This document shows, piece after piece, positions 28,901-41,207 of a stretch of DNA of 64,000 bases. The DNA is from Ginglymostoma cirratum (Eukaryota): the NCBI GenBank assembly GCA_024137785.1, contig JAHRHZ010000002.1, positions 10,891,263 to 10,955,262 on the forward strand. The letters are read 5' to 3'. Under the pieces are notes generated by a model. It was given only the letters and a program-made list of their open reading frames with translations, did no database searches and was not told where the DNA came from. The position numbers were made by a program, and so were the translations under genes. Position 1 is the stretch's first letter. Each line of letters opens with the position of its first letter.

Positions 28901-31900
28901 TTTCCAATAAATAACAACACCTCCCAGTCACAAACCATTTCAACTCCCCCTTCCCACTGCCTGGATGACATGTGCATCCTTGGCCTCCTCCAGTGTCACA
29001 ATGATGTCACCCGAAAAATGGGGGAACAACACTTCATATTCCGTCTTGGAAGACGACAGCTCAATGGTCTCCAAGTGGAATTTAAAAGCTTCAAAATTCC
29101 CCCACACCCCGACCTCATCCTAAGACCAGCCTCCCCTCTGATCCCCGCCTCAATTACCTGTCCATCTTCTCTCCCACCTATCCGCTCCTCCCACCTCACT
29201 GACCAATCCCCACCACTACCTACCTGCTATCACCGTCACCCCACTGTCTATTTATTTCAGAGTCGCCTTCCCCTCTCCCTTTTGTGAAGAAGGGTCCCGA
29301 ACCGAAATGTCAGCTTTCCTGCTCCTCTGAAGCTGCCTGGCCTGCTGTGCTCATCCAGCTCCACACCTTGTCATCGCGAACACTAATCGTGTTTGTTTCA
29401 CAGTTCTCTCCTCGCGGTTTTAAGTAATTGGCATTCATAATGTTAGCCAACTATTGCTTTTTAAAAAAAAAATTGTCAGTTAGAAATTATATAAATGTAG
29501 GTCTGTTCATTGGTATTCGTCTCTTTTCCATCAGTTTGGCTCAATTACTGACGTTCTTGCTTCTGAAGCAAGGTATTGCAGAACTAAGTTCTCCTTCAAA
29601 AATTCCATCGATAATTGTGATTTACTGCAATTGTGTGGGAATGAGGGTATGCTAAGATGCAAGATATTCCACCTCTCAAGATATCCACTCTTCAGGGTAA
29701 ACGTTGTCGGCATTTTGACAAAGCTCATTCATTCCAGCATGTGGCTTTCAGAAAATATACTGAGGCATCCAAGTGCATATCAATGAGATGAACTGGTCAT
29801 TTATGTTACTTTACTGCTGTATCTGGAACTGTTATTTTTAAAATAAACATTCATAACGATAATGAATTCACACAATGCAATCACCATTAATTTTTATTCT
29901 GTCATGAGATGTGCATTGGAACTGGAAATTTTTTTTCCTTATTCCTAACTGCCCTTGGAAAGAGGGCAGTTGAGAGCCACCCACATTGCTGTGGGTCTGG
30001 AGCAAGATGTAGGTCAGACCAGATGATGAATGCAGATTTCATTCCTTCAAGCGAAATACAACAAGTAGGAATTTTGCAAAACAATGAGATTGCTTCTTTT
30101 AATTTCAGATTCATTGTTTGAGCCACCACTGATAGGACTTGAACTCATGCCCAACAGAAGGAACATCAGTCTTGGAATGCTAGCTCACTGGTACAGTTAC
30201 TGCATCTTAGCTAATGTGGTGAAGTGGTGGGCAGGTGGGATAGAGATCAGACAACAATTTAGCACTCTGATAGCATTGCATTTGAGTTCCAGTCTGGATT
30301 TGAGAGTTGGGTGGAGCTTGACATCATAAACTTTTGATTCGATTTGATTTGATTTATTGTTGTCGTATGTACCGAGATGCAGTGAAAAGTGTTGTTTTGC
30401 GTACTATACAGGCAGACTGTACAATACGAAGTGCATCAGGATAGCCGAATAGAGTGCTGAATACAGTGTGACAGGTGTAGAGAAGTTTCAGAGAGAGAGA
30501 GAGATCAGAATTAACATTTGAGAGGTCCATTCAAAAGTTTGATAATAGCAGGGGAAAAGCTGTTCATGAACCCGAGCATATGTGTGGACAAAGTTTTATG
30601 TCTTCTACCCAACGTGGGGAGGGGGGGAGTTGGGACGTGGGTGTAACCAGGGTGGGAGGGGTCTTTAATTATGTTGATTAGCTTCTCGATGCAGCAGGAA
30701 GTTTCGATCGAGTCAAAGGAAGGAAGGCTGGTTTGTGTGATGGATTGGGCTGTGTTCACGACTCTCTGTAGTTTCTTGTCGTATTGTGAAGAGCAATTGT
30801 CACAACACACTGTGATGCATCCAGATAGGATGCTTTCGATGGTGCATCTATAAAAATTAGTCAGTGTCTTTGATTCACAGGCAACAGGATATACCTCATT
30901 GAGCAGCAATCAGCATTACACTCGAGGGGGTTAGGTAAGGATATCTACAGCAATTATCTCTATGAGCAGGGCTATGGCAATCCAGGAATGAATAGACTTT
31001 ATAAAAATGTCAGGACAGGCTATTCTCGGCTATTCTATCGTACAATTAGAAGGTGGCTCAACTGATTTTAGAAGAAATCTGCTATTTCTTCAATCTCTCT
31101 TCCGAACTGTCACGAACAAAGCATCAATCTACCAGACTTTACTTTGCCTTACAGTGTTGAACTACATTGACTTTTTCTTACCCATTATATTTTGTTCTTG
31201 CAGATTGCCAAACTCCTCCGCCCAAACCATGGGTAAGCAATAATCTAAAGTGCATAGTTCATCAACAAATCATACAAAAGTGTAATCTTTAGTTGCAATC
31301 ATTTCACAGGCGCATCTGTCACCATTGTTAAATGTGTTATTTGATTCATGCTGTTCCTGATCGAACTGCCTTTCAAAATTGTAACCTGTAGGAACCCAAA
31401 GAGTTGCATTTTCCCCCAAATTTCAGATGAGATTTTCTACACATGTAAATTAGTGTGCAAATTGGCTGGCTTTCATAAATCAACATACTGAACAATTACA
31501 GAACATGACTGAAACAACATGAAAATAAAGCATTCAGCACACTTAGTTGAAAGATTATGAGATGAGACAAAATTAGAGTAGAACCACTCCAGTGCGGAAG
31601 CAGACCATTCAAACATTCAAAACTACACTGACCCACTAAAGAGCATCCCACCCAGATTCATCCCCTTGTCCGATCTCTAATTTTACATTTCCCATGGCTA
31701 ACCTACACATCCCTGGACTGGCTGACTTAGCATGGAAAATACATCTAACGTGCACATCTTTGGACTGTGAGAAGAAACCGGATCACCCAAAGAAAACACA
31801 CACAGAAGTAAGGAGACTGTGCAGACTGCACACAGACAGTTGCCTGACGGTAGGATTTAACTCAGGTCCCTGGTGCCGTGAGGCAGCGATGCTAGCCACT

Positions 31901-34900
31901 GAAGCAATCCTTCAATGGGCACTTTTTCTTTTCTTTATTCATTCACGGGATGAGGGCATCACTGGCAAGGCCAGAATTTATTGCCCATCAATAATTGCGC
32001 AGAGGGCAGCAAAGAGTCAACGACATTACTGTGGTTTGGAGTCACATGTAGGCCAGGCCAGGTAAGGACGGCAGTTTCTTTCCTGAAGGACATGAGTGAA
32101 CCAGATGTTTTTTTTAACAACAATCAAGAATGGATTCATGATCATCCTTAGATTCTTAATTCTCGCTATTTTATTGGATTCAAATACCACGATCGGCTGT
32201 CGCAGGATTCGAACCAGAGTCCACAAAACGTTACCTAGGCATCTGGATTAATAGCCGAGTGACAACAGCACTAGGCCATCGACTCCCCTTCAATACTTCG
32301 ACGCATTTATGGCCATTAGTTTCTCAAAATTGCTTGCATTTGGCAACATTCCTTGCTTAATCTCGATTGAAAAGGCTGGTCACTTGCGCAAATGGTATGT
32401 CACACAAGCGCGCGAGTGTGGTTAATTTAGCCTAACCGAACATTTTGTTTAATTAGGCAATGTCATCATTTGGTGTACAATACGCAACATTAGTGTTAGA
32501 CAAGACATGCGGATCATCTTCTCTGAACGTGATTGTGGAAGGCGATGATTTAGAGTGAGTCAAAAATTTCTCTCTTTGAAATGACTCAAATGTCATATTT
32601 GCCTTATTCACTTGAAACTGTTATGACTGGAGGGTTGCTTGAAAAGAAAAACTTTTATTCACCGTTTCCACAGTGCTCCAACAATCACAGTTGGGGAGTC
32701 AACATTGTCACTCAATATACCATTGAAAAAAACACTGTTCGAGATGCGCACTTCCTTTCCAAAACCATTCTTTCTTTGATTAGCCTCAGCCTGTTAGTCA
32801 ATATGACATGCTGGAATCAGTTTATTTCTTGTTGACTTCTGTCAATGAGTTCAATTCTTCCCAAATTCTGGCAGAGCACGTCAGTTAGTCCACTGCTGAG
32901 CAATGCTCGGAAGCTGCTGGATGGATTTCCTGAATCCTGCCTCAGATCTGGTAATTTGACTAGTCGAATTACATCTGGACTGCAACACCTCACGTTCACC
33001 TTTAAATTAAGGCAAAGTTAGGGTCGAGACTATCTTCTTCATGTACTTTGAGGGGGTTTGGTCTGGTCCATACCCAGAACTAAAAATAAGGCTTTATTGA
33101 AATAAAATAGGGCACAGTGGGTGGTTGGGGAGGCTGAAGATATTTGTTCTAGACCACATGCCCTGAGTTTCTGAGGCATTCTTGTTTAATTCTGACTTTT
33201 TCGATGTTTACTATCATCTCAGTAGTTTTTAATTCCTTGATGCGTATTTTATTCTCATTTTTGCAATCTCTTCCTCTCCTTTTGCAGGCATGATTATGGA
33301 TATGACGAGCTTAATGTAACAGGTGACTAACAAGGAAGTATATGTTTTGGGGAAGCTGGATGGTTTATTATATCTTGCAACTTTTGTTTTGTAACCTCAA
33401 GAATTTGAGGCAAGTAGTGACTAATTCAATATGGCTTTGCTCCCCCTGTTAACCGTAAGTACCCCCGGTTTAGTGGTGCAGGATATTGTTGTGAGTGAAG
33501 CAGACAGTTTCCCAGAGTCAACGGAGTGAAATGCTGGCTGATTCGGAAGTTCTGATAACTTCCTACAAAACGAGTTTCGATCCCATCTTTCCAGCTCAGA
33601 AAATGACCTGTCAGTTGATACATTTTGACCTTCCTTCCCTGTCTTACTCAGAGGGGCGTAAAGCAACAGGACGTTGAAGTGAAAGTGATGATGATGGACA
33701 GATTTGTCTAAAGGTCCCTTTGCATCAACTGATGCAGGTTATTGTTAGCACATAAAACACTACCTCCTATTTAGCTCTCTTTGAAATACCTGCCCAGATG
33801 TAGCGATTTCTGTGGTACACGTTGCATATTTTCCCGTTTACATTGAATATGGTGCTAAATGAAAGTGATCTATAACCCTGCAGCAGTGGTGATGTAGGCA
33901 AGCAACTTCATCAACTATTCCATTTGAGGAATTCTCACAGTCAGCAATGTTGGAATTTAAATTGAGAATGTCTTCATTTTTGATTTTAAAATTTGATGAA
34001 ATACGGATACAGTTTTAAAATATCATTTGAAAATACATATTTTTTTCCTCACTGTGGAGAAATCTGAGACTCTTCATCAAAAGAATCTTTGCAGCGCCAG
34101 CAAGTAAGTCATTTCCAAATGAAAGCTCATACGGGTCTCTTTAAAGAATGTGTATTTTAGGCATTTGTTTTACTCTGACTGATAGTGTCGGACTGGGAAA
34201 TTCAGTAATATTCCATTGCTTGGGGTATTTCAGGAATACATTCTCTCGAGCAAGGCAGAATCACTCGAGCAGCAGCTCTGGGGTCCTACACATTATTAAG
34301 TACATGGACAGTCTCCAGAAGATAATGCCAGTTTCAGTGCAATTATGACAATGGTAGTGAAGGCGAGCAGTGCCGCTGTCATTAACACTTCAAAACTAAC
34401 GGAATTTATGTAATATCTTTTTGTGGAATTAAATTCATTTTTTAATGCATTCAAGGTGAACATGACCACCTTTTTACTCGCCATCCCTCGTAATTCTGTA
34501 ACGCTAATTGTGGTATCAGTTCTGGTGCTGGAAGTACTTCCAACATTTTACTCAGTTGGTAATGTCAGGATTTTGATACATTGCCCATAAAAACTCGGAT
34601 ATATGCCCATGAATGTAACCTGTCGCTTGGCATTCATGCTGTCAGGATCTTGCAGCTGCCAGAGAATGAAACAGCACAGAAGGAGGCTATTCAGGGCAGT
34701 GCACCAGTCTTAATACTTTCAAATAGCGACCCAACTATTCAAATTTATCTGCAAATCTGCAGGAAAAACTTTGAACAATTTAACTGTAAACGTTTAGAAT
34801 AAAATTCCTGGCATGATCTTTAAAATTGGTATGCGATCAATGCAAGATTAAGGGACTAAGGATTGACACAATTCTTCTGAGACTGTTTCCTTACGGGAAT

Positions 34901-37900
34901 GAAACATAAAACTATTTAATTGTACTTCTCTCTCATTTAATCCTCAGCAAAACGATATCTTACACCTGAAAGTATATCAAAGGACGAGGTAAGATAAAAG
35001 TGACAGTGCCCTTCACTTGTGTAAGCCAAGTTGGCATTTAATTCAACAAATATGAGCCAGTTCCAATTAAAGATTGGCAGCTAATTGCAATCCGTGGAAG
35101 GTGATAATTAATGGTGGGAAAGTAAGATGACATTCATTTTCGGAGGGTTTTTGTTGTGGTGGAGGAAGCTGAAAAGATGGATAAGGTCAACTGGAGTTCT
35201 TTATCCATTGCCCATTAACCTTGAAGCATTTATACAATCCCTTCAAAGTGTGTTTTGATTATTGTGCTTAACAGAATTATTCATGTTTCATATCATCTTC
35301 TCAAATTGGACATGGGTCAACAAAGCAAACATGGAATATTCTGAACCATTGTAAAATAAAACTGAGGGAAACAGAAAGTCATTAGGATTGCGATTCTCAC
35401 CTCTTTTATACTAAAGAGCAAATTGTATCAGACTTATTGTTTGCATTTGCAATTAAAGCAACCTATATGCACCCCGTGTTAACATGAAAACCTATAGGAT
35501 GGGGCAGTCGTGGAGTTTGCTTTAACTGGTGTTCAACTGTATTGCTTAACCATGGTTCCTCTTCATAATTTGTGCAGGAAAATGGAGAAAATCCTCAGGA
35601 GTGCACTGAAACGGTGAATGAATAGGACGATGGAGAAATTGTACCTTATCTTCTGTTTTCAGTGCAGAGGCTCATGAACGTATGCGGTGTGATATCAGCC
35701 CTTGTTTAATTCTTATTTCATACACAGGATTAGAAACGATACACAACAGAAAAGGTCAATCCAATACAAGCATTTCAGACCTGTGGTTAGACTCCACACG
35801 AACCTGTCCCCATCTTTCTTTTCTAAACCTATCATCTGAACCGTTTATGCTCATTTCCCTTATTTGCCTATCTAGTTTCCCATTTAGTGCATCAATACTT
35901 TGTGCTTTAACCACACCAGGTAGTAAGATATTCCACATTCTGACCGAGCTTGAGACAAGGAAGTGTCTAATAACAAGTGGAATTTATTTATCTTATATTG
36001 AAGACTCACAGTTATTTTCTTCCCCACAAAAGAAAACATTCTCTCTTCATCTATTTTGTTAAAACTGTTCATAATTTCAAAGACTTGCACGCAGACTCTC
36101 CGCGACTTTCATTGTTGTTTTCATTTCTCGTTCTTGAGAAAAAAGGAAAGAGTTACTTTTTCCAGTGCCTGTTCTGCTTCCACGACATCTCAAAGCGCTT
36201 TACTGCCAATGAAGGCATCTGATAGCAAATGTCCTTCTCTGTATTTTAAAATTTATTTGTCTTATCCAATAAGCATTGTAAATCAGTGTATGAATCATAA
36301 AGTATAAATGTTTTGATGTGTTTCATACATTCTTGTCCTGTAGTGTTGTGTCAGGATATTATTTGGTTCTCTAATTCAGAATCTTTTTTGTTTTCATTGT
36401 TTCATGGTTGGCACTGAGGTCTGGGTCAAGAAACAGGACTGGTGTCTGGACTCATTAGCAAAAGTGTAAGCACTGTGCTTCTCCTGTGGTACAAATTGAT
36501 GTTTCCTTTGGAAATTGGAATTCTTGCATCTGTCCTGAACTATTTAAATGAAGTGTTTTGACAAATAGGTTTGGCCTCGTGCATTAAATGTTGGACAGAC
36601 ATAAATAATTGCATGATGTCTATTTGACTTTGACTGTCCTGCAGAATATTTTGCTACATATGCCCATGTTTTCCTCCTGAAACTGACAGACATAGTTAAA
36701 CTATATGTCTTAACCTACTGGACCCGCAGGAAGCCCACAGGCTATGTGGAAGGTTCATTTTATATATCAGCCAATATCACTCTTCAATGATTTTAGTGAT
36801 CAGTATAATTGGGCTGGTGTCATGCACCCGCACTTCTCATCTGAGCTGTGATTAAGAGGATGAGAGACTCCATGTTGGAAGCCAGATTTGGAGTGATCTT
36901 TGGCCTCCTCCACATTTGTGGGAGAAGAGCTCTGAATAAAGGTCACTTATACTGCTGCCCAGACCACCACATTAATTTTAAGTTTAGAGCTTGGCCGCAA
37001 GGCTAATTGGGAAACGGCAATGCTTAAAATTGAACTTTTCATGAGTGAAAACACAATTCTGAATGAAGGAATGAGGACTAGTAATATAGTTAAGAAAGCA
37101 TGTTTCTAAGCATGGGAGAGAAGGTTCAGTAATGCATACGCTATTTCTCTAATATTGAATATTCTTTGTAAACCATGTTGCACCTGACACAAAATGAATG
37201 TGACTCATGTGTGTCAATGACTAACAACATAATCAAAACTGAATCAAAACTGTTGTAGCGGCCCAAGGCTAAAGTTGATGAGATGGCCAAAAACGGTTGA
37301 CAGCTGCATGCAGCAAAAGCCAGACTTGTGGTCTCCATTTGGAGATAATGACAATGATAAGATTCTCCATAGCAAGAAACACTAGAGAAGTTAATCAGAC
37401 TTCTGTAAACAGACAATTCTAAATAATAAGCATTTTAATAAGGGGCAATTTTGAAAGGCCTAGTTTAGCCACAGTCCCAATTTTGATATTAATTAATTAA
37501 TTAATTAATTAGAAGGAAATGTTTGATTCTACAGAATTCTGAATTTTTTAGGCAACTGTAGAATTGGAAAAGCAAACAACACATTAATGTGAAAGGTTAA
37601 TTGCATTCCTTGAGGTAATGTTTGTCGGCAGTAAGAATTTCCATTGCGTTATTAGGGAAGATAATGTAACAGATGGTGTAAACACAATCTCTAAAAGACC
37701 ATTGGCACAGGAGGAGGGCAGTGGAAGGTGGTAAAAAGAGGTCATGACTCGGGAGAGATACAAAATTGAAGCTGAAGTGCAGATGTAGATAATTTGAACA
37801 AATTCTTAAGGACAAAAAAGATTAAAAATTACAGAATCAAAATATGGTCATGAACCCTCGTTACTTGTGGAATCTAAACAAGTTTCTTTTAAAGACTTGG

Positions 37901-40900
37901 TAAGATTGTAACATGATTAAATTTCACAATTGTCAATGGAATTCGAATGGATGCTTTTTATTGAGAAATGAAAATTAGTAATGAAAAGTGCTTAGACTAG
38001 AAACAGAACAGATTTAATTACAAATCAAAATTTTGTTTAAAGTTCACTTACAGCATGCAAACAGAAGGGGTTGTAAACTGCAGTTGAAAGTCATGAGGAC
38101 TGTTGTTTGAAATGAGAGAAGGGTTGTTCTCAATTTGTCAGCTGTGTCGCAGGATTGCAGTCACTTTATATTCAAGTTGATTATAAAGACTTTATAACAA
38201 TTGGTAGAAATCAATACCCTTCCTAACCTGTCATACTAAAGTTGGTGCAGAATTTGGAAGAGTTCTTATTGATAAGTAAGTGTCCAATTTATTGACATTT
38301 AATGAGATGCAGGTGTCAAATGTCTGGGAAGGAGTACAACAGTCAGAGGTATATCCCAAAGACAGATGACGGCGGTATCTGGGAGACATCATGAAATTAT
38401 GGGGAGGACCTAGGGCTCCCCATAGAGTTGTCCCTCATTGATTGTGTGTTTACAGGATTGGATGTATAGATTGCGGAGATGTGGTTAACAATGACATCAA
38501 TGTTGCATGTAATTATTATAACAGAGAAGGTGGTTCTCAGCTGGGCACCTCAGAGTGTCATTGAATTCTCTTCCGAACTGAGCTGTGTTTGAGAGGACAA
38601 CTGGATCCCACATGAAAGCCAGATGCAGAGTGGTCTCTGCTCTCTCCTTCATGTGGTAGAAGCATTCTGAATAAAGGTCACGTGTGCTGCTGAACACTGA
38701 CACGTAGACTCCTTTTTGACATTTCTCCCTTAATCCATAACAATTACCTTGTAATTAATATGAATATGAAGATCCAGGTGGATGATTGGAGATCATGTGA
38801 AGTTGTCCTGCAGGAGCATCTTGAAGTTGTAGGGTATCATCCACATTCTCCAGATCATAGTCTGAATGTTGAATCCAGTAAGTGAGTCAAATAATTTGTC
38901 TTGTCGAGTTATTTCAAAGCTCTGACTGCCTCTGGAATGTGAGCCAACACCCGGAAAAACCAAGAAAATCAGAAGGGAATACCAAACCCATGAGGTTTAT
39001 CTGTATTTCCATGTAGGAGCTTTTGAATTATTTTCACACGAATGAACAGAGGTCAAATTAATAGTGAATAAAATCCTGAATGGTGAAATTGTGATGGAAA
39101 AGAACAAGAAATAAAAGTGATTGTCTTGGAAAAGTTGGTTTGAGCTGGTTCCTCAAAAATGTTATTCCATTTCCAGTACTCCCCTATTGTCCCTGATGCT
39201 GCTGACCTCAATCAGAGCATGTTACACCAGAGATCATCCACCATCTCCGACCAGGATTCATTGAATGCCACTTTATGTGGTAAATCTTCAGCTATCCATC
39301 TCAACCACACTCCCACCCACATCTAACAGGTATCACTGAGTAGTGAATAGTTACAACAACTGCAGTTGCTTCTGCCTGCATTATACAAAGAGGCTCTGGG
39401 GTTCACATGTAAGGTACATTCATGTAGTATCCATGGTGTCATTGTGTGAGTCATTTTTGACTTTGTAAGCTGTGATAAGTTTTGGCTGTGGTTCAATGCT
39501 AAGGGAGACCATAGAAGGCCAGTGTGAATCTTACCAGCGAGTTGAACATGCTTCCGATCATGCTAAAGTCAGGGTGAAAGTCAGGAACAGGAAAGACGTG
39601 GAGGACAATATACACATCACTCCCTGCCATGCCATCTTCCCAAAACAAGACGCAAATTACATAGAAACTAACAGCAAAGCCTTTTAAAGCTTGACCAGAG
39701 CAGAATTTAGAAATTTAAACATAAAGGATGGTCCAAATGGCAAAATCTAACTGAAGAACCAAAATGAATTCTTCTACAAACAAACAAATCAGGAGCAGAT
39801 GTGAACCATTCAGTGCCGGAAAACTACTCTACCATTCAATAAAATCACGACTGTTTTGCTTGTGGCCTCAGCTCAGCCACTCTCTCAACAATCTTCAACT
39901 TCCTTGTTAGCTAAAAACTATTCAACTCTGCCTTGAATGTATTGAATTAGCCCCGCCCTTACCAATCTTTGGGAGAAGACAGTTTCACAGTGCCATGACC
40001 TACTCTGGAAAAAGTTCCAGCTCACTCCATCTTCAATGGGAGACTCCTTACTTTTAAACTGTGCCCTCTAGTTCCAAGGAAAATGCAAACAAAGAACTGC
40101 AGATCCTGGAAACCTGAAACAAGATCAGAAATTGTGGGCAAAACTCAGCAGGCCTGGAGAGACAAAACAGATTTAATGCTTCGAGTCCATTTGCCCCCTG
40201 TGTTAATGTTGTATTTCTATGTCCATCCCGCACTGTATGAGTCACAGAGTCATGCAGATGTACAGCAAGGAAACAAACTTTTCATTCCAACTCTTCCATG
40301 CCTACTAAATATCCTAAATTAATCCAGTCACATTTGCCAGCATTTGGCCCATATCCTTCTGAACCCTTCCTGTTCACATACCCATCCAGATGCCGTTTAA
40401 ATGTCGTAATTGTACCAGCCTGCACCACTCCCTCCGGCAGCTCATTCCATACACACACCACCCTCTGAGAGAAAAAAAATACCCCTTAAGTCCCTTTTAT
40501 ATCTTTTTCCTCTCATCTTAAACCTATGCAGTCCGGTTTTGGACTCTCCTACACTGAGGAAAAGACTGTGACTATTCAAACTCTTCACCCTATCCATGCG
40601 TCTGTCCATCTATGATTCTATGATTCTCAATGCTACCAGAACTGTTGATTTTCTCCAGCACTATCTGTTTTTGTCCCCTATTTAACGTCTCTGCCATAAC
40701 GGCGTACATTTTCTCAGCATCGCCCTCCATCTTCCCTCAGGACGTTGTATGCTTCATTAAGTTTACCTCTCAGTCTTCAAAACTCCAAAGAATACAGAGA
40801 CGAGCTGTCAAATATTTCCTCGTAAAATAACCTCCCATTCAAGGTATCAGCAAAGTGAAACATTTTTCAAATAACTGCCAGCACATTGATATCCTTTACC

Positions 40901-41207
40901 GATTAGGACATCAAGCTTTTACACAGTCTTTCAGAGGGAGTCGCCCTAATATCCCATACAACAATAGCAAATCATCGCTACATGTATGTTCCATTCATTC
41001 ACCTAATATCATGCTCGTTTAACGACCCTGTACAACATTAATATTTGCCTCCATAATACAAATGCTAGTTACCTAACAGAAAGATAAATATATGGGCATT
41101 TTATCCTCATCCAGTCAGTTTTATTAATTTGTTTACAGGGATCAAAGGCTTTTGAAAGAGGATCTTCAGAAACGTATGCATTAGATTTCAAGAACCATCG
41201 ATGGTGA
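10887..41207 (+). CDS. NCR3: Gene 1 (spliced): NKp30/NCR3-like single V-domain type I membrane receptor with long micro-exon-encoded cytoplasmic tail
   Basis: Leader 10887-10929, V exon 13798-14130 and TM exon 16069-16182 join in frame through phase-1 GT-AG introns: MNPSPIFWILAVFSGISAEKFQVVQK...YGNGTQLMVREKPKGGMTFWLFLLIGALVQLALLIIVVPYCVKLHRMK. Frame-compatible micro-exons follow. The 3' exon chain after about 31 kb and the exact stop are uncertain. The symbol means NCR3-like, not proven orthology. Confidence 0.75.
13798..14130 (+). CDS. NCR3: Gene 1 V(J)-type Ig domain exon, NKp30-like
   Basis: ISAEKFQVVQKLSTILAEEGQSVLIPCEWTGNASRTIGSFKWLKDVVEVSNQTAKFTGRVHTPQEDFIHSRNASLFLKELKVTDSGMYRCSVKFMQLGEEYGNGTQLMVR has B-strand C, C-strand W, DSGxYxC and GxGTxLxV. 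It closely parallels human NKp30 as recalled (IGSVTW, EVRNGTPEFRGRL, FLHDHQAEL, LGVGTGNGTRLVV). Acceptor tttcag, donor gtaagt, phase 1/1. Confidence 0.93.
14430..14670 (+). mobile_element. 5'-truncated HE1-type SINE
   Basis: gtgtggagtttgcacattctccctgtgtctgcgtgggtttcc core. Confidence 0.75.
14882..15429 (-). mobile_element. HER1/CR1 LINE 3' fragment
   Basis: LECCVQFWSPCYRKNIMKLEMAQKRFTRMLPG..FFTQRVVRVWNELP. Related fragments at 9630-9890, 11150-11420, 12990-13315, 23860-23985, 27710-27930, 40245-40600 and 59090-59345. Confidence 0.85.
16069..16182 (+). CDS. Gene 1 stalk/transmembrane exon
   Basis: (E)KPKGGMTFWLFLLIGALVQLALLIIVVPYCVKLHRMK: about 24 hydrophobic residues followed by a basic stop-transfer. 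Polypyrimidine plus ttag acceptor, gtaagg donor, phase 1/1. Confidence 0.9.
18130..18652 (+). mobile_element. HER1/CR1 LINE 3' fragment
   Basis: ctggagagggttcagaagagattt...tggaatgaacttcctgaagaagtggtggatg...ctatgac tail. Confidence 0.8.
19905..19923 (+). CDS. Gene 1 cytoplasmic micro-exon (G)AQRAQ(R), 19 nt
   Basis: Long polypyrimidine tract plus ttag, donor AG|GTGAGT, phase 1->2, in frame with the TM exon. Confidence 0.7.
20298..20335 (+). CDS. Gene 1 cytoplasmic micro-exon QVQVISEIICID, 38 nt
   Basis: tttgcag acceptor, gtacgt donor, phase 2->1, open frame. Confidence 0.6.
22290..22910 (-). mobile_element. HER1/CR1 LINE 3' fragment with internal foreign insert
   Basis: Same family as 14882-15429; interrupted at 22406-22484. 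Confidence 0.75.
23467..23780 (+). mobile_element. HE1-type tRNA-derived SINE
   Basis: ggtggctcagtg.ttagcactgctgcctcac box A/B head, V-like core, and a HER1-shared tail. Further copies are listed separately and at 25790-26115 and 62815-63065. Confidence 0.8.
24025..24065 (+). CDS. Gene 1 cytoplasmic micro-exon (D)ILTLPVLDEVQNL, 41 nt
   Basis: ttttag acceptor, gtaagt donor, phase 1->0. Confidence 0.7.
26257..26298 (+). CDS. Gene 1 cytoplasmic micro-exon DQDESVLESDALCM, 42 nt
   Basis: tgacag acceptor, gtatgg donor, phase 0->0. Confidence 0.7.
26386..26429 (+). CDS. Gene 1 cytoplasmic micro-exon VENYEDTSIYTPME with two Tyr motifs, 44 nt
   Basis: cgtag acceptor, AG|GTGAAT donor, phase 0->2, after an 87-nt intron. 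Encodes ENYEDT and SIYTPM. Confidence 0.75.
28338..28375 (+). CDS. Gene 1 cytoplasmic micro-exon (S)LKTFSNSTATEM with putative GC donor
   Basis: Strong poly-T acceptor ctgacag; phase-2 entry matches the previous exon; donor G|GCAAGT. Confidence 0.55.
28488..28537 (+). CDS. Candidate micro-exon (D)LLEIDTLPGFSSDSDR
   Basis: First AG after a pyrimidine tract (a GAG acceptor), donor gtaagg, phase 1->0, open frame. Confidence 0.45.
28840..29375 (+). mobile_element. Penelope-like retroelement 3' fragment (GIY-YIG endonuclease remnant plus terminal repeat)
   Basis: Frameshifted IGE(T)KQRLGDCFVEHRRSV..HFNSPSH..ILGLLQC..EQHFIFRLG..NGLQVEF, followed by the tgaagaagggtcccgaaccgaaatgtc terminus. Confidence 0.8.
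29535..29572 (+). CDS. Candidate micro-exon FGSITDVLASEA(R)
   Basis: ttttccatcag acceptor, AG|GTATTG donor, phase 0->2. Confidence 0.45.
30340..30870 (-). mobile_element. Rex1/Babar-type LINE 3' fragment
   Basis: LTNFYRCTIESILSGCITV..KKLQRVVNTAQSI..IIKDPSHPG motif; 3' AATAAA with (aatca)n tail. Confidence 0.75.
31204..31232 (+). CDS. Micro-exon, frame ambiguous (LPNSSAQTM / IAKLLRPNH / DCQTPPPKPW)
   Basis: Strong ttgcag acceptor and gtaagc donor; all three frames are open. Confidence 0.55.
31580..32290 (-). mobile_element. HE1-type SINE (31580-31900) adjacent to a second SINE family (31930-32290; SacSINE1/DeuSINE-like, name tentative)
   Basis: The second family recurs at 8960-9200, 10520-10800, 11830-12150, 29940-30150, 58630-58990 and 63280-63425. 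Confidence 0.65.
33288..33322 (+). CDS. Candidate micro-exon HDYGYDELNVT (Tyr motif YDEL)
   Basis: Very strong polypyrimidine plus tttgcag, donor AG|GTGACT. Only the phase 2->1 reading is stop-free. Confidence 0.5.
34948..34988 (+). CDS. Candidate micro-exon (A)KRYLTPESISKDE
   Basis: tcctcag acceptor, GAG|GTAAGA donor, phase 1->0. Confidence 0.55.
35578..35613 (+). CDS. Candidate micro-exon ENGENPQECTET
   Basis: tgtgcag acceptor, gtgaat donor, phase 0->0; acidic like the other tail exons. Confidence 0.5.

Noticed and set aside
28661-29287. 208-aa ORF as a host gene
   Set aside because: It is a chimeric read-through of a frameshifted Penelope endonuclease remnant.
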